From: Ginglymostoma cirratum
Lineage: Eukaryota
Direction: 5' to 3'
NCBI GenBank assembly: GCA_024137785.1
Contig: JAHRHZ010000032.1
Span: forward strand, 4,713,674 to 4,777,673
Length of the DNA stretch: 64,000 nucleotides
In this document: in pieces, positions 52,366-64,000 of the stretch
Numbering within the stretch: the first letter of the stretch is position 1
How the letters are laid out: each line of letters opens with the position of its first letter
Notes under the pieces: model-generated
Databases searched by the model: none
What the model was told of the DNA's origin: nothing
What the model saw: the letters and a program-made list of their open reading frames with translations, nothing else
Translations under genes and position numbers: made by a program

Positions 52366-53949
52366 GGTGAGTACAGGTGAGTTTTGATCAATGATAACTC
52401 CCAGAGTGTTGATAATGGGGGATTCAGTAATGGTAACACCATTGAATGTCAGGGGATGTTGGGTTAGATTGTCTCCTATTGGTGATGGTCGTGGGCTGGC
52501 ATTTGTGTAGCGTGAATGTTACTTGCCACTTGTCAGTGCAAGCCTGGATATTGTCCAGATCTTGTTGCATTTGGACACAGACTGCTTCAGTGTCGGAGGA
52601 TTCACGAATGGTGCTGAACATTATGCAATCATCGGTGAACAATCCCATTTCTGACGTTCTGATGGAGGGAAGCTCATTGATGATGCAGCTGAAGATGGTT
52701 GGGCCCAGGACACTACCCTGAGGAACTCCAGCAGAGATGTCCTGGAGCTGAGATGACTGACCTCCAACAACCACGACCATCTTCCTCTGTTAGAGGGAGT
52801 CATAACCAAGCAGTGCAAAGTAATTGTGAGATGATAAACTAACTACTGTGTGTAATCTTTGTTGCAGCAGCACAAGGGAGAGGATCAAGCACTAAATGCT
52901 ACATGCAGGAAATAATCAGAATGTTAATCTTTAGGAAGTGGGTTCTGAATATGAGGCAAGACCGGTAAAGCCTGTGATTTTTAACCTGGGAAAAGAACGT
53001 ATAAGGGGAGACGTTATAGAGTTTTTATGGTCATTTATGATTAAAAGATTGTCAATTATATATTTGACGTGTTATTTTAAGTTAAATTGTAAAAGTAGGG
53101 CAATATCAATACTAAATCATTGATCGGTTACAGCACAGGAAGTTTCTGTATCCATGCTCTCTCACTGCTGATTTCTTCATATGCTTATCTCTTCAGATTC
53201 TTATCAATTCTTTTATGAAAGCCATGATTGAATCTTTTTCCACCATTTCATGCATGCATTCCAATCCTAACCACTTGCTGTATATAAAAGAAAAAATCTG
53301 CATTAAACTCTACTTTGTTTTACCATTCAACTAACATGTTCTTTAATTCTTGGTTGTTTTGTCAATGGAAACAGTCTCTGCCTATCTACCCTCTTCAGGC
53401 CCCTCCTGACTTGAACACATCTACCAAATCTCCTCTCAAACTTCTCTAAGGAGAACTACCCCAGCTTCAAAGGTGGCAAACATGAGATTACACAGGTGCC
53501 ACATACTAATACATTGCAACGGATGATTGGTAGGCAAAACTGTAAAGGAACAGTGAGCTAATATAAAAGAGGGGATGGTTCACATTAGGTGAAACTACAT
53601 CCCCCATGACAGTCAAAGGTACGGCAATCAAAGCCAGAGGTCCAAGGATGATAAAATAAGTAGAGGCTGGATATTTGCTGCAGCTGACACATCTACTGAG
53701 TAATCTGAGGTTGCATGCTGCTCCTTAACATGTGGAACCATGTGCCCAGGTCATTATTGAATGCTCAGAATAGCTCACAGTCGGACTGCTTCTGAGGTCC
53801 TGCCAGCATTGAAACATGCACCCACTAATAAACTGGAGCAGCTGCCACTGGCAGTAGTCTATCACACTATCTTTTGTCCATGAGCAAAAACGTAAGAGAG
53901 GACCCAAAGAAGTGAAGAGTTAAACCATCTTCACATCATTGCCTCAAAA

Positions 53950-55755
53950 GAACATAGAACATAGAACAGTACAGCACAGTACAGGCCCTTCGGCCCATGA
54001 TGTTGTGCGGAACCTTTACCCTAAGCCTGAGGTCTATCTAACCTCCACCTCTACCTTATACTATCATCCATATGCCTCTCTAATAGTCACTTAAATGCCC
54101 CTAATGAGGCCGACTCCACTACCCTCTCCGGCAATGCATTCCATGCCTCTACCATTCTCTGAGGAAAGAATCTACCTCTGATATTTCCCCAATATCTACC
54201 TCCACTCACTTTAAAACTATGTCCCCTCGTAATAGCTACCTCCACCCTAGGAAAAAGTCTCTGGCTGTCTACTCTATCTATACCTCTGATCATTTTATAC
54301 ACCTCTATCAAGTCACCTCTTATCCTTCAAAAGAGAAAAGCCCTAGCTCTCTCAACTTTTCCTTGTAAGACCTTCCCTCCATTCCAGGCAACATCCTGGT
54401 AAATCTCCTCTGCACCTTTTCCAACACTTCCATATCTTTCCTGTAATGAGGTGACCAGAACTGGACACAATACTCCACATGTGGCTTTTGTATAGCTGGA
54501 GCATAACTTCACGGCTCTTGAACTCAGTCCCTCTATTAATGAAAGCTAACACACCATTTGCCTTCTTAACAACTCTATCCACCTGGGTGGCAGCTTTCAG
54601 GGAACTGTGGACATGAACCCTGACATCCCTCTGCTCCTCCACACTGCCAAGAATCTTTCCGTTAACCCTGTATTCTGCTTTCAAATTTGTCCTTCCAAAA
54701 TAATCACCTCACACTTTTCAGGGTTAAACTCCATCTGCCACTTCTCACCCCAGCTCTGCATCCTATCAATGTCTCTTTGTAACCTAGAACAGCCCTCCGC
54801 ACTATCCACAACTCGACCCACCTTCATATCATCCGTGAACTTAATAATACACCGTTCCACTCCTACGTCCAAATTATTTACAAAAATCACAAATAGAAGA
54901 GGACCCAGAACAGATCCTTGCGGTACACCACTCGTAACTGAGCACCATGTTGAATATTTTCCGTCCACTACCACCCTTTGTCTTTGAAGGGTCAGCCAAT
55001 TCTGAATCCAGTCTGCCACATTCCCCCATCCCATGCCTCCTTACTTTCTGCATGAGCCTATCATGGGGAACCTTATCAAACGCCTTACTTAAATCTATGT
55101 ATACCACATCCACTGCTCTACCTTCATCCACTTGTTTGGTCACCCCTTCAAAGAATTCAATAAGGTTTGTGAGGCATGATCTACCCCTCACAAATCCATG
55201 CTGACTATGACAAATCAAACTGTGCCTATCCAAGTGATCATAAATCCTAAATCTGAGAGCCCTTTCCAATAATTTGCTCATCGCTGAAGTAAGACTAACT
55301 GGCCTGTAATTTCCGGGGTTGTCCCTATTCTCTTTTTTTGACCAAGGGAATGATGTTTGCCTGTGTCCAATCTTCCAGCATTATACCCATGGACATTGAG
55401 GATGAAAAGATCATCGCCAAAGGCCCTGCGACCTCTTCCCTCACTTCCCATAGAATCCTTGGATAAATCCCATCAGGCCCTGGGGACTTATCTATCTTCA
55501 AGTTCCTCTAAATTCCTATTCGTCTTTCACACTAGCATCCACCTCCTCTAGCCTACCAGCCTGTTTCACACTGTCCTCCCCTACAACTAGGTCCTTCTCA
55601 GTTGTGAATACTGAAGAAAAGTATTCATTAAGGACCTCTTCTATCTCTTTAGGCTCCGTGCACAAATTCCCTTTACAATCCTTGATTGGGCCTACCCTTT
55701 CTCTGGTCATTCTCTTATTCCTCACGTACGTGTAAAAAGCCTTGGGGATTTCCTT
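53950..55755 (-). mobile_element. CR1 LINE 3' half (RT)
   Basis: QHGFVRGRSCLTNL, SGVPQGSVLGPLLF; (agaacat)n tail at 53950-53967. Confidence 0.9.
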
Positions 55756-56099
55756 GAAGTGGAAGAGGGAGTATGAGTCACAATCATACACCATGAAGAT
55801 ATCAGTCAAGGAAAAATTGGCACTCATGTTAGAGATGAGATTGTAAATGACATTGCACTTATTAAGGAGTTGTAATATACTGCACATACCCAGCAGCATG
55901 CCAGACACAATTTTCATTGGAAAGCCTTGTTCCAAGAGAAGCTTTTACTCTCTAATGCCAAATGTCATGATCTCCTCTAACATGCGGGTGCTAATGTCCA
56001 CATAAGGAGACCTGTCCCTATCCATCATTAGGCCAACATGATCAGCAAACATTCACAATCATACCTTACAAATGCACCACTTGTGCATTGCAGATATAA

Positions 56100-56295
56100 T
56101 CATAGAATCCCAAGAGTGCAGAAAGAGACCAAACAGCCCATTGAGTCTGCACCGACCTTCAGCATCCCACCCAGACTGCCCCCCTCCACTTAACCTCGTA
56201 ACCCTGCATTTATTATGGCTAAACTATCTAATCTGCATGTTTCTAGGCACTATGGGGCAAGTTAGCATCAATCCACCTAACCTGCGCATTTTTGC
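56100..56295 (-). mobile_element. HE1-type V-SINE fragment (others at about 3040-3122 and 16195-16272)
   Basis: Minus strand gcaggttaggtggattgatgctaacttgcccc V-domain-like block and CR1-like tail. Confidence 0.6.
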
Positions 56296-57485
56296 ATTCA
56301 ACTTAGTGGATTCTCATGTGCAATTAGATCACTGACACTGGGTGAGGAGCATGAAACCACCATGCAGAATATTGCAGAGGTAGATTTGGGCAACTCTCCC
56401 TGATGGAGAGAGGACAGACACAGCCTTGCCGAGCCATGCAGATGCAGAGTCTCAGGAATGGAGCTTCTACCTTGTAATTTAGAAGCATAACTTCTGCTAC
56501 TGGCCTAAGTATCCTAAGGCTGTGTAGGATTGTGAGCTAAAAGTGGAAAAGTCCAGCCAGTTCATGTGCATGGCTATGGCTCAGAGTCTGTGTGTGCATA
56601 AACCTCTCTGTTGAGAGAGTCGTGAACCACATGGTGAGTGAAACAGTTAAGTGAGTTATGCTTTAGACATACAGTCAGCGATACACAAAGCGAGCAAAGC
56701 ATGGGGCAACTCCAGATGCATAAAGCAATCAGAACAAACAAAGCATTCAGACTATCAAAGTTAGCAGCTAGAAGCCACACTATCAGAGGCCTTACGGGAT
56801 AGAACAGACAATGCCTATGAAAGACTGTGGGAAGCAAAGATAATATGGGACATGCAGATCAAAAAGTGTGGGAATTGTAATATGTGTGCTTCATCTGTAT
56901 AAAGCTTGAAGATTATCTGGAACCCAACACACTGAGCTTTAACCTTCCCCTTCATATATGTGTCTGAAAAAAATGATTGCTACCCTGTTTTCCTGAAGTC
57001 TTGTATCAATCTATTAAGTGCACCTAGAAGAGTGAGCCATTAGTGGCAGCACCTTCAATGCATAAAGGAACTGTCCATTGATGTCCACATGATGGAGCCT
57101 CACATTAAGTTTTCTAGATTAGTCAGTGGCATTGGCGGCACGTTAATATTTTGAGAGGATATCAGTTGGGTCCCTCCTGATGCTCCCCTCCAGACATCCA
57201 AGAGTACAGGAAAGAGGGTGTCAACAAGGAGAGATCATGTGGCGTTCCTAAGAGGTGCCTGTCTTTGTGTCTGTGCAGCAGGGCCAAGGTGAGGAGGCTC
57301 CCCCTGTAATGATTCAAAAGCAGTTTCCTCTGGAGACCCCCCATCCATTCATCCATGATGACGTTAACCACCACAGATGACTCGTCTAAGATAAGTCAGC
57401 AGGATGCTCCCACCTTCTTTCAGTCCACAAGGAGAGAATCACATAGAATCAGCCAATGGCAAAGGCGAAAGCCTGTTAGGCAGAA

Positions 57486-57572
57486 GATAACAAGGTGTAG
57501 AGCTGGATGACAAAAATCCAGCTCTAAACTTTGTTATCTCAGATTCTCCAGCATCTGCAGTTCCTACTATCT
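57486..57572. mobile_element. Very short PLE terminal hairpin
   Basis: TSD ctgttaggcagaa at 57473-57485 and 57573-57585. Confidence 0.8.
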
Positions 57573-58685
57573 CTGTTAGGCAGAACATTGAGTGAGTCAT
57601 TGTGTTTTCTCCTTGCTGCTTGCAATGTAGTAATCTTTTCTAAATATAATAAAAATACTGACATTTGAAGGCATGGGTGTGAGTCTCACTTTTTTGATGG
57701 TAAAATGTGAAGAAGGGTATAAACTGGTGAAAGAGATAAAGAATTCCTCAGCGGTAATACCAAAGGACAATGTGCATCATTCATTGGCAGTAACTGTGTG
57801 CATGTTCCAGGCTGCGTTAGTGATGCCAAGGGATTATTTTCTTGTTTGTTCATTCATGGATGTGGACGTAACTGGCTAGGCCAGCATTTATTGTCCATTT
57901 TTAATTACCAGTGGGCAGTTAAGAGTTAACCATATTTCTGTGGTCTGTGCCCACACGTATGTCAGATCGGATAAGGACTGTGGCTTCCTCTCGTAAAGGA
58001 TGTAAGTGAACTAGACAGATATTTACAACAATTAACACTCATTAATAGGTTGGCTTGTTTTATGGTTCAAGATTTTCATTGACTCAAATTGATTCAAAGA
58101 CTTTAGGGAGATTCCTAGAACTTTCTAGATGAGGGACTTTACTGAAGTTTGGATAAATTGAAGAAGCTGGGATTGTTCTCCTTAAAGAGAAGGTTGAGAG
58201 GAATTTTGATTGGTATTAAACATCATGAGGGGCCCAGCGTAGAGATAGTTTCCATTGACCAAAGTTGTGGGGACCAGAGGGCACAGAGGAAAACATTTTT
58301 TTTAAACTCAGTCTGTGCATTAGAGTCTGCAACACACTGCCTGAAAAGTTAGCGGAGGCAAATTCAACAGTGGCTTTCCAAAGGCATCTGGATAAACCCT
58401 TTGGGGGTGGGTGAAAAACCTGCAGCGGTACTGGATAGAAAGGAATGGGGAAGGCTGTGCTGCTCCTGCAGAGAAAGAGAGCTGATGATGGTTTTCTGTA
58501 TTTCTGGATCTTTCTACCAATTGAGGCTTACTGTAATAGCGTATACTTCCAAAATATTAACTAAAGGACATGTGCTGCTGTTATAGTTTCACCGTGCTTT
58601 AATGTTGTAGAAATTCTAAGAATGAACACATTACTTCGTGTACGATTGCATCTTACATCTGAAACAATTTCTCCAAAGTACTAAC

Positions 58686-58727
58686 CTGCCTTTGTAGTTA
58701 CATGTACTTCTGTGCACATTTTTGTGG
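58686..58727 (-). CDS. Candidate hinge exon (ATKMCTEVHVTTKA) of the VJ receptor
   Basis: Branch-like cactaat, acceptor ttaaacag, donor gttagt; 42 nt, phase 1-1, in frame with the V exon. An internal gcacag acceptor gives an in-frame 24-nt alternative. Confidence 0.55.
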
Positions 58728-59315
58728 CTGTTTAATCACCAATTAGTGAACACAATTTCACAAGCTATTTAGTGCTCTTGTAGTGCACTGACAGCATAAC
58801 GTGAGCTGGGCCTGGATTCAAGTCCGAACTACTTCAGTGTATTATAACAGGATGATTAAAGCTTTTATAAAAGGCTCTCAGTTAAATTCGAGGCCGAAAC
58901 ATTCACTGGATACGGTTGACGAGTGGAAAAGGACATGAGTTCTGACGAAGAGTAACTAGACTCTAAGACCTTAACTCTGCTACCTGCTCACAGATGCTGC
59001 CAGACCTGCTGAGCTTTGCCAGCAATTTCTGTTTTTGTGTTGGAAAAGGATTACTGATTTGATGCCCGAATGGGTACTAGACAGAGCACCAGACAGTGGG
59101 AAATGTTCCACGCTGCTGTCAGAACAGCCTGAAGGGAGCTCATTTATGCTAGATTACATTCATAGATTATTTCTCATATTCTCATGTTAATAGTTCATAA
59201 ACACAGCAAGTCTGGCCATTCAGGATTTTCAGATGTACAAAATTTGCTTTTTTTGGTTTCCAATTCAATACCTAACCCAAACTATAGGGAGTTTCATTGA
59301 GATATTTTCCCTTAC

Positions 59316-59663
59316 CTTGAACAATTAGGTGAGTCCCGGGGCCAGTGATCTTTCTCAGTTGTGAACCTTCACGAATGACCATGTTGCAATAATACAAACC
59401 AATGTCAGAATAGCGAACACCTTTAATGAACAATCTGCTGTGAAAATTAGGCATGTTGCTACTGAAGAAAATGAAACGACTATCCTCCTCAGTACTGATA
59501 TTTCTCACTTGCTTTTCACCAAATTCACTTTGGTAATGCCAATAGAAATGGGCTTTCACTGCTTTGCCTTTGTATTGCAGATCACAATTGAAGCGGGCAG
59601 AGTGGTTTGCCAGCAGCCTCAGTAATGAGGGAGATTGTAGCAGCTCCAGTTCAGTGGCAGCAC
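59316..59663 (-). CDS. VJ-type IgSF receptor, exon 2: intact V-set Ig domain with germline-joined J-like motif (NKp30/NCR3-, TMIGD2- or CD28-family-like)
   Basis: Acceptor ttataatag, donor gtaagg, 348 nt, phase 1-1, open frame: CAATELELLQSPSLLRLLANHSARFNCDLQYKGKAVKAHFYWHYQSEFGEKQVRNISTEEDSRFIFFSSNMPNFHSRLFIKGVRYSDIGLYYCNMVIREGSQLRKITGPGTHLIVQ. B-strand Cys, C-strand Trp, DxGxYYC and GxGT are all present. Confidence 0.9.
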
Positions 59664-59780
59664 CTATTATAACACAATTTTGAAGATAGTAAAGAAAATA
59701 CGCGAACCATTCTAAAAAACCTGCACAGTACTAAATAGTTAATTATGCATGTTACTTCAAAGTGGAATCAATGTACTTAC

Positions 59781-59817
59781 ACACTGAATACAACAGCAAT
59801 ATAACAATTAACATCAT
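59781..59817 (-). CDS. VJ-type IgSF receptor, exon 1 (signal peptide MMLIVILLLYSV, phase-1 donor)
   Basis: Minus strand reads ATG ATG TTA ATT GTT ATA TTG CTG TTG TAT TCA GTG T|gtaagt. Hydrophobic leader, canonical donor, 117-bp intron to the V exon. Confidence 0.85.
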
Positions 59818-59891
59818 GCCTTGGTCACAGTGATAGGAACAACCACGGCTTCTGGCTGAATAAAAGCAACTGAGCCACAATTTTGCAGTAA

Positions 59892-59908
59892 TTTCAGTTC
59901 CTCTTCCG
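59892..59908 (-). promoter_or_regulatory. Ets-IRF composite element (EICE) plus an adjacent Ets core in the receptor promoter
   Basis: Minus strand CGGAAGAGGAACTGAAA, about 75 bp upstream of the ATG; matches GGAAnnGAAA. Confidence 0.55.
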
Positions 59909-62559
59909 TAATAGAAAACTCTTTTCTTAGAATAAAGTTGCTATCAGAAATGATCCTTATTTTTGTTTGAATATTCAATTGAAAAATCCGTCTGGTCCAT
60001 GAATTTCTGAGAATTTAAAGAACATTTCCAAAAATCTTCTCATTAGTTGATAATGGAGAGTCAGGTCAGTGATTTTTTTTTTAATAAAGTTACTTTCTTT
60101 TCATTTAGAGGTTAATTTTTAGCACGAAACGCCCTATCTGATTGGCTGTAGAGAATGTTACTTGGACCAATTCCACCAGAACAGAAAAGGCCATGAAATG
60201 AGCTCACAGAATTTTATACGATCAATGGGGTGAAGGGCGAAAGATTATTTGGTTGAGTTGGAGAGTCAATGACAAGGGTTAATCAATTTAAAATAACAAC
60301 TAAGAGAATGAAGAGAGACTAGGAGAGATATATTTATACAGCAGGTTATTAATGGTTACTATGCCTCTTCATTGTGAGTAATTGTATTTTTAAATACAAT
60401 GTAAATATATATTTGGAGCAGAGAGATTAATTTCACAATGAGAAATAAGCTGTTGGAAAAACTTCGGAAAGCCAGGCAACATCTTACAGAAAAATGCATG
60501 TTTCAGTCACTGATCTTCCATCAGGTTTCAAATTTCCAGCACCTGCAGCATTTTGCTTTGTATTAGATTTGGAATGCTTTAGCATAGAGTTAGCACAGAT
60601 ATCATGGTCTAAATAGCCTGAAACCTGCGCTGGTATCCTTTTTTGGTTCTATAATGTCATGAAAGCTGATTGAGTACATGCAAAGCAAAAATTTTGCCAT
60701 AGTTGGAACTTGACCTCTTGCCTCCATTTTGTTGTTGCCACTAAATTAGTTGTTTGGTAGGAGAGAAGTTGAGAATTGCTGAATACAACTTGAGACAGGC
60801 TTTGAAGCTTTTTCTGTTGCACTCATCAGGACAAATGCAAGAATACCAAAATTCAAGGGGAGCAACAGTTTATACTTCATGAGCAATTGGTGCTGATTAG
60901 TTGCTAAATCAATTCTGATTGATAGAAGCATTGTTGTGAAGAGTGCCCAGGGACATTATTGTCACCACACTTTTTTTTAATTCAAAAAGATACAATGACT
61001 GGACTTTTTTTCTGCTTACAGAGGACTGGTCATTTATGTGAATATATGTAGCTTCGAACAAGTATAAATGAACCACATTGCGAGCCTGACTGATAAACCT
61101 AAATTGGTTGTTTGCGTAATCTTCAAGTAATTGGGAATGTTCAAGAAATGCTGCCCAATCACAGAATCACATTGAAAGCTAAATATGGAGCAGAATCTTA
61201 TGACAGCCTGAATGGTGTGGACTGTTGTAAGAAATGTGGCACAATTGCACAATAAATCCAGTGAGGGAGGCCTATCTCAACATTGGGAGTAACCTGATAT
61301 ATCTGTTAACTGAGATCTGGGTATTGAGGTGATATTCTCGCTAGGGAGCAGTGATTGTTGTGAAGCTTCATCAGAGGCTGCACTGATGATGTTACCCAGC
61401 AGGGTAATGATACGTCTGCAGAATAACAAACCAGCTTGGCCAGCCAACCAACCACAACATCCACAACCCGAGCTACAAATCTACTCTAAAACCTTAGAGC
61501 AGTGATTGCTTATTGAGGGGATTATTGCTTGTTAACAATTTTATTAAATATACATCTCACCTCATTAATATGTACCTTTCCATCCTACCTTCCACTGCAA
61601 ACAAATTAGATGTCAGTAAATCTCAATATGAAAATCAGGCCAAGAATCTACCAACATTAGCTCTCCACTGGTTGCTAAGACCCTCTATGTTAGACCACCA
61701 GCACCAACATCTCAAGGCACACTTCATAGGCCCTAGTCATGTACATCCCATGTCAAAGGATGTATGCCTCGAAGGACCTTCGTAACACATGTCCAATCCA
61801 CTAACTGTGAGTTTATGCGCTTCAATGTGCACCTTGGGGCAAAGCAGCAACTACCAGTATAATGTTGCAGCAAGGCCACTCCACACTCAGAAACACAGAA
61901 CCCAGCTCAAGGACTTTCATCTCTGAATTGTCTCCTTGCTGTCATGGTGCTCACTCTCCTTGACTCTATCTGGATGCCCACAGCATCCTTACCTTGCCTT
62001 GCATTTTTGTGCTTTACCCCCTCAATGATAGGTACCAGGCACACAGTACTTCTGCCTTGCAGTGCTGTTTTGTGCAGGCACAAAGCCAGGAAACCTGTCG
62101 TGCTTGTTAGTCGTCCTCAGTCAGGTCAAGGCCTTCGATCACAGGGTCCCAACAAGTATGTCGAAGCCAGTTTTCAATACCAATCTAGAGGCTGCACACA
62201 GTCAGTCAGCCACACAGTGCAGAGTCAGGATCCTGTCTTCGAAAGGGGTGAGGATTGTTACTTGAGAGGGACTGGTGTTAACGGAGATGAAAGTGGGTGG
62301 CACACCTATTACATCTGGTGTAGGTGGGCTGGTGTCCCAACCCAGAGAGTAGGACAATGCAGAGGACATGCAGGGTTCGTGGTGTTGTTGGTTTGATTGG
62401 GTGTGAGCAAGTGAGGGAAGATGTTGCAGGTAATAATGAGAGCAGTAGAGCATGAGCCATGGTGGATGGTGGATGGTGGATGGTGGGTATGGCAGTAGAA
62501 GCAGAGTAAGTGTGAGTTATCAGAGAGAAGATAGTGGCACTTGTACTGATGGAGTGAAG

Positions 62560-62800
62560 ATGTCTTTCTTCCAATATTGCTGGGCAATGGCTAAGACTGC
62601 ATTGACTTGGATGACAACCTCAGGTTGCCAATGGTCTGGTGTTGAGGCTTCCACTGCTAGTCCCGGGGAATGAGGATATCCCCCTCTGCACCACCCTGAC
62701 CAGCAGAAGATCCAGGTCCCTGCTGACTTTCTCTTGTCGTATATGGCTGGGGAGAAAATGTCGGGAAATACGCTGGGCAGCTCCAGTCAAACAGTGCTTG
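62560..62800 (-). mobile_element. Harbinger Myb/SANT-like ORF remnant
   Basis: RDLDLLLVRVVQR...EVVIQVNAVLA..QQYWKK resembles the trihelix/Myb protein of Harbinger elements. Confidence 0.45.
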
Positions 62801-63149
62801 TCCAGGTGCATTACACTGTTTTAAAGATGGCACCTCTTCAGGGATACCCTAGCAATAGTGAATCCTTCTGGGTACAGCATTTGGTACAATGGGGTTACAG
62901 TTGAGTTGGGGGCACCAAGATGTATTAAGATTAAATGTTCACAGAGCAAAAGCAGGGTAAATTGCATTTATTTCTCTTCCAACATGGTTAAAGACATTGA
63001 TTGTGTTTGACCGTGTTTTGCAAAGTGAAAAATATAAGTTATAACCGTGATTGGTATGTGTCTAGACTTTTTTTATTAAGCCCTAAGAAAATGAAATCCT
63101 TTAAAAATCTGGAAGTAATTGGATATAACAGTTAATGATAAGGCACACA

Positions 63150-64000
63150 AAAAACAGTACCAGACGTAGACCACTCAGTCCCATGAGGCTGGCCTGCCAT
63201 TCGATAAGATCACGATTCATGTGTTTGTGTTTCAAATGCAACATTACCATCTACCCTGATAACATTTGATTCCCTTGCCTAACAAAAATCTATCTGCTTC
63301 TGCTTTAAAAATATTTAATAACTCCTCCTCTTTCTCCTTCTGAAGTAGAGTGATGCAAAGTCACACAATCCTCTAAGAGAAAACAAAAATCCCCTAATCT
63401 CTGAAAGTTTTAAAAGGGTGATTCCAAGTTTAAAAATAGTGCCCCCTAATTCTGCACTAACTCACTAAAGGAAACATTCTCTACATGTCCACATTGTCAA
63501 GTCCAGTTAGGATCTTATACACTTCAATCAAGTCACCCAACACTGTTCTGAACTTCAGTAGAAACAAGCCCAACCAGTCCAAACTACCTTGATAAGATAA
63601 CACACTCATTCCAGGTAGCAATCTAGTAAACCTTCTTTGAATTACTTCCAAAGCATTTACATCCTTCCTTAAATAAGGAGAACAAAGCTGCACACAGTAT
63701 TCAAGAGGTATCACCAATACCCTGTACAACTGAAGTATTACCTTCCTTAGTTTATGTTCAGTTTATCTCATAATAAAGGATAGTGTGCCATGAGGCTTCT
63801 TGATATGTGCTGTGCCAGCCAACCTCATAACTATGCTAGTTTGTTATGCCAATCAGCCCTGCATTTTTGTAAAGACCTTTGCTGTGGCACCTTATCAAGT
63901 GCCTACTGGAAGTCCAAGTATATCTAAAGGTTCCTCTTTATCCACAGGACATGTTACTCCTTCAAAGAACTCCAAGAAATTGGTTAAGCACCAATTCCCT
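63150..64000 (-). mobile_element. CR1 3' fragment
   Basis: LEYCVQLCSPYLRKDVNALEVIQRRFTRLLPG. Confidence 0.8.

Noticed and set aside
59826-59832. CACAGTG heptamer near the V gene
   Set aside because: It lies in the 5' UTR, does not abut a coding end and has no nonamer at 12 or 23 bp spacing.
61944-62587. Overlapping ORFs of 83-150 aa
   Set aside because: No recognisable domain; they lie next to a Harbinger remnant and include a (GGTGGAT)n microsatellite.
1-64000. Recurrent short palindromic repeats read as a CRISPR array or terminators
   Set aside because: They are dispersed PLE termini with TSDs in eukaryotic DNA, with no regular repeat-spacer period.

Overview
Eukaryotic, repeat-dense genomic DNA, most likely from a cartilaginous fish (shark). 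That assignment is inferred from HE1-type V-SINE and Deu-domain SINE copies, many CR1 LINEs and Penelope-like elements (PLEs). Almost all ORF-track entries are retroelement fragments or noise. Between the repeats, on the minus strand, lies an immune-gene region the ORF track mostly misses. (1) A spliced gene for a non-rearranging VJ-type Ig-superfamily receptor resembling NKp30/NCR3, TMIGD2 or the CD28 family: leader 59781-59817, V-J exon 59316-59663, candidate hinge micro-exons, a transmembrane exon with Arg at 45281-45391 and a terminal exon at about 38.8 kb. (2) Immediately downstream, a tandemly duplicated set of decayed B7/butyrophilin-like (V+C) genes, with an ISRE/EICE-bearing promoter in each duplicate. 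The PLE terminal repeats scattered through the window carry minimal hammerhead-ribozyme cores, often inserted as fold-back hairpins with target-site duplications. One hairpin captured nearby genomic DNA and another sits across the 400-N assembly gap. All exon models and translations were read by hand; no database search was run.
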